A DNA stretch of 64,000 bases from Amoebophrya sp. A120 (taxonomy: Eukaryota > Protista > Dinoflagellata). Below are positions 55,237 to 64,000 of the stretch, one piece after another (positions within the stretch are counted from its first letter, which is position 1; each line of letters starts with the position of its first letter). The stretch spans positions 4,878,747 to 4,942,746 of the forward strand of contig CAJINV010000001.1 in NCBI GenBank assembly GCA_905178155.1, written 5' to 3'. Under the pieces are notes generated by a model that saw nothing but the letters and a program-made list of their open reading frames with translations, had not been told where the DNA came from and ran no database searches. The translations under genes were made by a program, and so were the position numbers.

Positions 55237-58200
55237 TTATCGAAAGTAGAATTCCCAGACACAGTTGTCCGGTATTTGCTGCACTGCGGCACTTGGGTCG
55301 TAGAGCGCAAACTTGTTCCAGGCGTTCTGGCTGGCCGCTTGATCGCCAATGAACCCGAGCAGGACCGCGGCGTTGCGCCAGTAGAGTGCCATATCCGGCG
55401 CGATGGATAGGGCCTTTTCCAACGACCCCAAGCCCTGGTTTATCATCTCCTGGTTCTTCAAGTCTAGGCCGTACAGAACCTGTTTTCGTTTTCAGTTTTT
55501 CTTTTTTTAGAGACTTCAACATGTTCTTGGTTTGTCAACGATTGCGAAAAGACATCTATGCATCATCTCGTGCTGTCAGAAGTCTTCAATCGACCATCTG
55601 CATGTGTTTGCGACATGTACGTGAGTGGCATCGAAGATCATGACGAAGCAGCTATACTTCGAATAGGTAAGTATATTGAGGCCGCTTCCTCATAATTCTC
55701 ATCTCCATGCCAGTTTGCGTCACATCACGGAGAAGCAAAATTTGTCTACCTGCGCGCACGCCAAGTTGTTGTAGCCTTTGGCGAAGTTAGGATTCGTTAT
55801 GATCGACGCCTGCAAATTGTAGATGCTTTCGGGTGCCTTGTTTACGTGCCACAACGCCATCCCGTAGTCGTGAAACACTTCCTCTTCGGCCAGGGTGAGA
55901 GGTGAGAAGTAGCCGCCCACCGCCTTCTTGAGATACTGCTCCGCAGAAACCCAGTCGCCCCGGTAGATGAAGATCTGTCCGGCGTGGTACAAAGGCATGC
56001 TGTCGCGCTCTTCCGGGTCGGATTTGATGGATCGGATGTAGGCCTCGAGTGCTCGGTCGTAGTCCTTCCGAGACAGATACAGGTTTGCGATGTTGAAACT
56101 CGTTCGCCCGCTCCAGGGCTGGGACAACCCATCCACCTCCGTAATGGTTTCACTATCCTTCCAGTCGAAGATTCGTAGGTAGCAACGCACCCAATAGAAT
56201 CCGCCTGACAATTTTTTTTTTCCTTTATCAAGCTCGAGAACTCCAAACAGATACAGAAACAAGACAACTATAGGCATTTCGTCTTTGATGGTCGTACCGT
56301 GTGGCATTAACATTTTGCATGGTCGGATTATTGTGCGAAAAGCACATTTATGAACTCCACTGAATTTTTTCAGAAAAAGGAAAAGATCGGAAGAGAAAGA
56401 AACAGCATCATAACTTAACGCAGTACTCAGAGCTAGTATTCCCAAGACGAGGCAGAGCTGCAAAAATAGTCGGTTCGATTGTTTCAAACGCAGCCACAAC
56501 ATGTTGAGACAGGCGACTAAGACGAGGAGGTAGCCCACGCTCGGGATGTAGAGTAGACGTTCAGCGATCAGCGTCCCGACCGGGAACAGGATGTTTGACA
56601 TCGGCAGAAACGACACGGCGAAGGTGGCAAGCCCGAAACCCGAGGCTCGCCCAAGAAACGTGTGAAACTGGTGCATCGTGAAGTGGACACCTGAGAGGTT
56701 TCATAGCCCTAGGGTTCAATTCACATTTGTATACGCTCTCGATCATTTTTCGTTTCTTCTCTATTGCCATTTTTATCTTCAGCCTAAAAAAAGACTTAAG
56801 CTTATTCTAACTTTTGCAAGAGCAGCTGCAAGAAAACAAACACTCCATGCAACAGCAACACGAAAACCACAAGATTTTTACCAATGCAGAGGAGCACGTA
56901 GGCTGCGGCCGGCAACAGCAATCGCATGTCCTTTGCCGACAGAATCAGGGGCACGGCGTTCATCGAGTAATCGTAATTCAAAAATCTGGGCCAGACAAGC
57001 AGCTCGGCGTACCGGCCGTGGACGTACCAGTAGGAGATAATCTGCTGCCAAACATCGTCGTGTGCCGCAATCGGATTGGAATACGGGTCCATCCGCGCAA
57101 TTTTCGTGCCTGTAGTAGAGAGAAAGCTTTCACATCTTCGTTCAACTCAACTGTTCGAGTTGCAGGCACCACGACTAGCTAGCATGCATTCATGTCGACG
57201 GGACAGCATCCTCGCCACGATCATTCAGCAGAGCTGCAAAGGACCGTCCTTGCATGTAGTAGTCTGTGCCTCCTTTAGGTCGATTTTTGGAAAAAAAAGC
57301 AACACGAATGCAGAAGAATGATTTACCTTGTGTGTACTGAAACCGCCAGATGATGACGACGGTTCCGATCAGGATGACTGCTCCGGCGCGGCACGCGCAG
57401 AGGAACCGCTGGGACCCGTAATCCATGAGGTAGTAGCCCTCCAGGATGACCTGCAAGCCGAACACGGTGAACCCAATCTCCTTGCACAACCCGGAAATCA
57501 TGACGAGGACGAGCGATAGAGCTAAATACACAACAGTTTTCACCAGGCTCTTGGGCGAAATTTTCCGCTCGTCGGCGATCTCCCGGTCGGACGCCCGGAT
57601 CATCTTTTCATAGATCACGAGCGCGAACAGAAACACGTCCGTGCACTGGGGGTCGGCCCGCCCGACGATGTAGAGGAGCGACTCCGTGTGGACCGGGTGG
57701 GTGATATGCACTGCAAAAGTGTCTGGGTCTGGAAACTTGTGATGCTATTTGGCGACTCATGTGGACGCCTTCAACATTGCCAGCCAAGCATGACAAGTCT
57801 TGGAGTTGCTATAGTGTTGCCTATCTGCATGGCAGACTGCGTTTCTGCATGACAGAGAAATGTGGCTTTTGTGTGGCGCGCATGACAGACTTGAGAGCCA
57901 TGCAAGTTGTGCATGACAAACCCTGCGTTCTTCCAGATTCAGACATCTTTGCAATTGATAGGTGAGAAAAAGGAACGACAACAGCGAGGACCACGCGGGC
58001 GACATCCGGAGGATGAAGTGCGCCAAGTAGCCGAGGAGCACGCCCGCGATCGCGTGAAGCACGATGTTGTGGCGATGGAACGCGTAACTGTCGAACCCGA
58101 AGTTCTGGTAGTCAAACCGGAAACTGTATACAGTCACTGGACGGAAAGATTTGTGCGTCCAAACCTGAGAAAGTTTCATTTTATCAGCAGTTGGTTCCTC

Positions 58201-59614
58201 GACGCAGGTTTTTAGGACCTTAACGTATCTACATGATGAGATTAAGTTTAAGTATACTCCTGTACTAGTGCCTGCTGTGTAATGATCATGTCTCTGTGCT
58301 AGGCTTAGCCACAATAGTACAACAGTCATCACACTGAAAACATCACCAAATGCTAGCACTTCTTCAATCATACCTGCGGATCGAACATTTCCAGGCCCCA
58401 GTAGTCGGTTCGAATCAGGCGGTCCCAATCGAACTGCGGGTCGACGACGTTCAGGTTTCGTTTTATCATGACGTCGTCCATGAACAGGCCGCCCCTTTCT
58501 AGATTATAGTACCAGGCGTGGTACCAGCAGCTGATTCCGAGAACAAAGGCCAGCGCTTGCAGGAACCAGTAGCTACTGACAAAGCTCCGTGGCTCGTCCG
58601 GGTTCCAGCCGTAGCTGTTGATCTTCTTTTGCGTGGCTTTCGAAAGGATCTTGCTGTCGTCGTTGTAGCTGGGGTCCACTTCGCCGGTGGCCTGCTGTTG
58701 TAACACCGTGGCGGGGGATTTGTACTTGTGCGGCGGCGGGGCACCTGGGGCGGTTTGTTTACTGCGCGAGCTCCTGGAGCCGCTGCTCCCGGAGCCTCCG
58801 CCCGCGGCACCCCGGCCGTTGTTGAGCATGGCGGAGCTGCTAATTCCGTACTGCTCCAGCGTGTCGCTGGCGACGGAGAGCCAGTGGTTTAGTTTTGCGG
58901 TGAGCTCACCGATTCGGGAGCTGGCAGATTTCGACGAGCTCCCGCTAGTCTCGCTTCGTCTGCCGCTCCCCGGCGCGCCGCCCTGCTTGCTGCCGGCGAT
59001 CGTTCCGTTCCGGGGTGGTCCAGCTCCGGTGGACGAGGATTGGGTCGCGGGACTCGTTATTTGCGGAACCGGGAGGCTCGCCAGGGCCGTGATTTGGTAC
59101 AGATGACCGATCCGCTGTGCGGCGACGTAGTCGATTGGTTTTTGCCCCAAGCTGTAACGAACCAACTCCTGCAGCTGGGTCGTCGTTTCTATCTCGGAAA
59201 GCACGATACGTCCACCGGGAGGAAGGTCCTGGGATTTTCAGCGAACAAGTCAAATCCTCGGTAAAACATATGCAAAGTTTTTGGTATTCATGTACTAGAT
59301 GAGGTGTCGTGTCAAGCAAAAGCATGTTGGAAAAGAGAAAGCCAACAGCCTGATGAAGTTGTGAGAAAGCTTGTTCTAGGCTCTGGTGGAGAAAAACACC
59401 CGGAACCGGAACTACATCCACGTGCAACTGCCTCAATCAAAACTTCTTCTTCTTGATCACAAAAATCATTCCGTACTGCTATTCGTCGTTCCAAGGCCGG
59501 ACTTGCCACGGCGAGCAAACACCGAGTAGCGGGCACGGACTCTCCGGTTTTCGTTGCGAGGGAGCAATCGGCATACTTGCCATGGACACGCTGTAGGGAT
59601 TCAAAAAACGGCAT
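55237..59614 (-). CDS. TMTC-family protein O-mannosyltransferase (GT-C membrane domain, DUF1736, TPRs) with a predicted N-terminal BTB domain, ~919 aa
   Basis: Motifs DYWG, HKSFRPVT, HPVHTE..IVGRAD, CKEIG, NPIA, NYDYSM, PVGTLIAERLLYIPSVG and TPRs. Six GT-AG introns (59229-59476, 58165-58373, 57110-57326, 56691-56881, 56205-56426, 55480-55749) plus one introner; 4378-1618=2760 nt. Confidence 0.88.
57705..57960. mobile_element. Introner, family A
   Basis: TATGCACTGCAAAAGTGTCTGGGTCTGGAA ... TTCCAGATTCAGACATCTTTGCAATTGATA; perfect DR GGTGA; removal restores FLTHPVHTE. Confidence 0.95.
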
Positions 59615-60665
59615 CTTGATCTTCTTGGACAACTTTTCTACAATTAATTATACACGACACGAGACAGAAAACTCGCTCGCGATAGGCGGATAAGAACTTG
59701 TTTGATATAGAGAGGCGTGAAGATTTGGATCATTTCTGAAACTCACTACAAACTACATTGTGATCAATTCTATCTGTCAATATTAATATATCATCTGAAA
59801 CACAAACCAACTTATTTCCAACGAGGCTGTTTGACATTTCTATCGAAAAAAAAAGCAAATTCATCACATGGATCTTCAAAAGACGAAGGTAAAGGAATCA
59901 GAAAAGGGTGACAGATGAGCGAAGGAGCAGCGAATAAAAGGTACTAGACGCGAAAAAACTACGATGCTTGAACTGCAAAGGGAATCCTATGCGGGACTCA
60001 ACCAATGCCGGGAAAAGAGGACGTGCAAAAACAAATTGTAGCTGATCTAATTGTTCCAAATCGGAGAACAAGGGCGGGTAACACACAAAAAGGTGAGGCC
60101 TGCGTGTGAAATTAATGCTCGCAAGAACAGTCTCTTATGAAAAGGAGCCAACCTACTTTTCCCAGGAACACGACGATCGGGAAAAGAAGTGAAAAACTTG
60201 GCAAGAAATGACTCCATCCAAACTTCTACACTGTGCTGCATAATCTTTATCTTTTGTAATTACCTTCATCTGTTTAGACATGTTTGTACAGCCAATGTTT
60301 TCAACCGAACCTTCACGAAGGAACCATCTTGTCGCCGTGGATGATCACGCTAGTACCCTCTAGACGGTCTCTCTCCTCTCTCATAGAACACGGTAATTAA
60401 GGCATCGAGTTTGAAGTTGCCTCCGTGCTCATACTAGGCAGTCGCACAAATAGTTTCGACGCCTGAGCCCAGAAACAAGGTAGCGCGACTTTCGTTTCAT
60501 TTGTGGTGCGTGTCGCTGGTGGTTCAATATTGATGAGCACTGTCTGTAATTCAAATAAATGGGCACTAACTTGTACAAGTCGAAGAGGAATCGTGCGCTG
60601 AAAAATGAGGAGCTCACATAATTCTTACTGCCTTTGCTGGGAAGGACATCAAGACAGAAAAAATC

Positions 60666-63634
60666 TTAACTTCCCCGGTCACGCTTCCATGCATAAAAGC
60701 GGTCCACCAAATTGGCCTCCTTGATGAATTTCAGGGCTTCTTTGGCTTCCTTGAGCGAAAAGTTGTCGTACAGGCTGTCGTCGTCTTGCACTTGCTTTGT
60801 ACTCTTGTTCACGGCAGCGCTAGTCGGCGAGGGTACCGGCATCACGTTTGGCGTCTGATGTCCCCGTTGGGCGGGGCCGCCGCCCTTAGCGCGAAGCATT
60901 TGGTCACCTGTTTTTTAGAAGGCATTTTTATTCATTTCATCAACAGCATATGTTCATCTTCGTTCTGTAACAAAAACGGGGGTAGCAAAGGAAACGAAAC
61001 ACATGGACATTCATCTTCGTAGTATGAGACAAGATCATTCACAGATGAGACAACAACCTACCATGAGCCTGCGCCTTCGAGGACCCTTTTGCTGCAGGAG
61101 CAGCGGGCCCACCTCCTCCAACGCCGCCACTGGACGATGACACCGTGGTATTCGTGCGAAGCCGCTTGCTCGCTGCTTCTCCATTCAATCCTGCTCCCGC
61201 TTGGTTGTAATTCTGGCCAGGTGGCGCCACGTTTTGGTTTTGCAGTGCCTTGTTCTGCTGCGCTTCCAATATGGACAATTCTAGCTCCTTTTGTGCCTCT
61301 TGCCGGTAGTACTCACTGGCATTCACATCGGCCAGAGTTCGCTTATTTTTCGCGGCCTGCTGTTGCTGTGCGGTCGAGGAAGATGCAGACGCAGACGCCG
61401 CCGGCTGGTCCTCGTGCAGCTCCTCTTCCACCTCGCTCTCTTGACGGAGGTCTTGACCTGCTCCGAGGTTATCAAGGTCTTCATTTAACCAATCGTGCAA
61501 CTCATGCTGCAACAGTTCTTGCTCCAGCTCATCTTCCTCTTCTGTAAGATCGTCTTCTAGTTCGGCGTCCGCGGAAAACGGGTTGAAAGCCTGCTGCGCA
61601 CCGTCGTCCGAGGTGTTCTTCGTTTTATTGGTCGCGTTCTGATTTTTCTTGTTGTTGTTTGGAGCTGCACCTCCTCCTGTCGGATCGTTCTGGCCGTTCT
61701 GCTGCGCAAGTGCTCTCTTCATCGCCCTTAGATTCTTCACCCTCTTATTTTTCGGCATGTTCTGGTTCGTCACCGGGCCCGAATCTTTTTTCGCAGATTT
61801 TTGAAATCGTGATCAGGTAAAGGTACATAGACATAGTTTTTAACAGTCGAGTACTTTTCTTGCCATCTTGGAAAATGGAAATCAATAAATATTTTTGAAA
61901 TCGAGGATCTTACAAGGTCGTCCTTGTCTGACTCTGAGTCGGTCGGGCCTTTGACAACTATCCACTCTTTCACCAGTATGCAATATCAAGAAAGATGAAA
62001 CGTCCTGCACGCATCGGAAGAAAAGACCAACAGAAAATTGCGTCTGTCGTAGCTTTTTTATCGAGACGAACATGATGATAGTTGGAGTCGCATCTCAGTC
62101 TCTTCGTCGTTCAAGAAATTTGCGTCGTACAATGATCCGCGGAACTTCGATCATCATCATCTAAATCTATCCTAAAAAGGAACTTCGCTCCGAAAAAGGT
62201 TCTGGTATTTGCCAAATTGAAATCTTTGAAAGCAGATTCTGGGCAGTAGATGATCAGTAGACAGAGTCAGTGACCACGACCCTCACCCTTCATTTCATCC
62301 TTCGTGTTCGCTGTGGAGGTTAAGGCTGACGTAATATTATGCATGGCACTGTATCTCTCATAACGCTAAATCTCAACGTTTCGTGTTGTATCATGTTGTA
62401 TTTTTTGTACTGAATGCTGTAGTTCCTGTTGCTCATCGATCCTTCTTGTTCTATCTTAGTACGTCCTAGACCGCGATAAGAACTTGAACTGTTTTATCAA
62501 AACTACACAAGTACCTGCTTCCACCAGCAACTCTGCGTCTGGTATTGGCTCGTGGGGCGTCTCTACTACTCCTCCCGTGCTGGTGCCGCCCTTTGCCGTC
62601 TCTAAATGGTTTCGAATTTCCACTAGCTTATGGTAATAGGCGACGCTGTTCGCCTTTTTCTGGCGGTCTCTTTCAGCCACAGCGCCATCCATTTGTTCCA
62701 CGGGTCGGTATTTCGGGGGAGGCGGCATGACAGGCATCGCCTTTAAGCCTTTAACCGAACTACTGGACGAAGCAGAGCCCCCTGCTGCTCCACCCTGAGC
62801 TGCTTCTAACAGCGTATTGAAACTGAAAGTAATGGCGGTCTTTGCGGTCGTTTGCAGCTTAGGGGAAGATAAAGGCACGCCCGTCGGAGGTTTACTACTA
62901 TTTTTGCCGCCATGATTTTTACTCTGTAGTTGCATCGGCAGCAACTGCGAAGTTGTAGCCTTTTGATGTTTCGTGGGATCGTAGGTTGAGGAGCGAATCT
63001 GTGGCTTTACGTCGTCTGGAACTTGCAAGCCCTGTTCCAAGTCCCGATCGGCCCAATCAAAGATCAATGTGCGGGTCTGTCTGCCGCCCTTGGCGCACGG
63101 AACATTGTACTGGTGCAGCGCCTTTATCGCGTTCGCGGCACTCTCCACGTCTGTGTATTCGCAGAACGCGCGCCCCTTGTGCCGCATGTTCGGGTCGTAC
63201 TGCCCATTTCCAGTGGCTCCAGCGATTTTGTTTTTCTCGTTACGTTCCTTGTCGAGTACCATCCGCAGCTCCACCGCGCCCGCGGCGCTGCTGCAGATTC
63301 CCCACAGTTCCTCCTGCGTCATCTCGAAGGGGACGTTCCCGATAAAAACGCGAACGCCGGTGGTCCTTTTCTTCTTGTTCGCACCTCCGTGAGACGATAA
63401 AGGAACTGGCGGAAGGTTCACGGGTGGTTGCGGTTTTGGCATCACTTTCGGCGGATGAATTATACTAGCGCCTATCCCGAGGATCTGCTGTTGCTGCTGC
63501 CAGAGTTGTGTATTCATCAGAGTGGACGCCCGCCCATCAGGAGCTGCGCCATGGTATTGCGGGTTCGACGGATTATAGGGACTGAACTGCACACCCGGCA
63601 AACCCGGGTAGGGTGGCTGATGCCCGGGCATCAT
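60666..63634 (-). CDS. RRM protein, CstF-64/Rna15-like, multi-exon; internal exon structure only partly resolved
   Basis: VFIGNVPFEMTQEEL..LRMVLDKE..KGRAFCEYTD..AIKAL resembles the CstF-64 RRM. Downstream ORFs 61770-61973, 61039-61773 and 60666-60899 have plausible GT-AG junctions, but their linkage is not certain. Confidence 0.65.
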
Positions 63635-64000
63635 GCTGGTACTGAACAACTGTCTCTTAGGAATTTTTCGCTACGGCTACGACTGACAACGTTGGAAGAA
63701 CGATGTTGGAGCAGATATGCTGATGGTGCATTTTTCAAAATTGTAATACTGTCAATTATGTTGATGACGAGAAATACAAATGCTGATTCTTATGCGCATA
63801 GGCACACAATACGTATTCATAGATGTCGACTCTCTAGTGTCGCTGGTGGTGATTTAGAGGTACATGCTGCCACGTTGCGTCCTCGTGCTGTAGCGGAAGA
63901 CACGGTGCAAAATGTCGTGTGACTTATACATATACTGCGACAAAGGGACACTTACTACACAGACATGTTCTTGACCTTGACGAAAAGAAAAGATGAAAAA

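Overview
Gene-dense eukaryotic DNA, most consistent with a Syndiniales dinoflagellate such as Amoebophrya (inferred from intron architecture and unidirectional gene arrays, not from a database search). The main feature is about 32 complete plus 1 partial short non-coding elements, mostly 140-490 bp. All complete copies interrupt coding sequence. They carry terminal inverted repeats (TIRs) that nearly always start and end with TA, and a 5-bp flanking direct repeat (DR; perfect in 17 cases). Removing the element plus one DR copy restores the reading frame at every junction tested except the ambiguous one at 47929, yet most junctions offer no GT-AG. They therefore behave as non-canonical introner introns. 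Several TIR families share an internal GCAT(G/C/T)ACA motif, and one family occurs in both orientations relative to transcription. Applying this rule rebuilds a GAF/thioredoxin-like protein (~1849 aa, 13 elements), a DUF268 protein, an ABC1 kinase-beta-lactamase fusion, an ADPRM-like phosphoesterase, a BTB-TMTC fusion and several hypothetical genes. Other genes are an intron-free 2251-aa IQ-repeat ORF, a RING-LON protein and a CstF-64-like RRM protein. Also present are a broken tyrosine recombinase between 47-bp DRs, a 914-bp insert between 32-bp DRs nested inside an introner, and a GC-rich palindrome with a 23-bp minisatellite inside AT-rich DNA where the plus and minus gene arrays converge. 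No rRNA, tRNA, CRISPR array or transposase gene was recognised.
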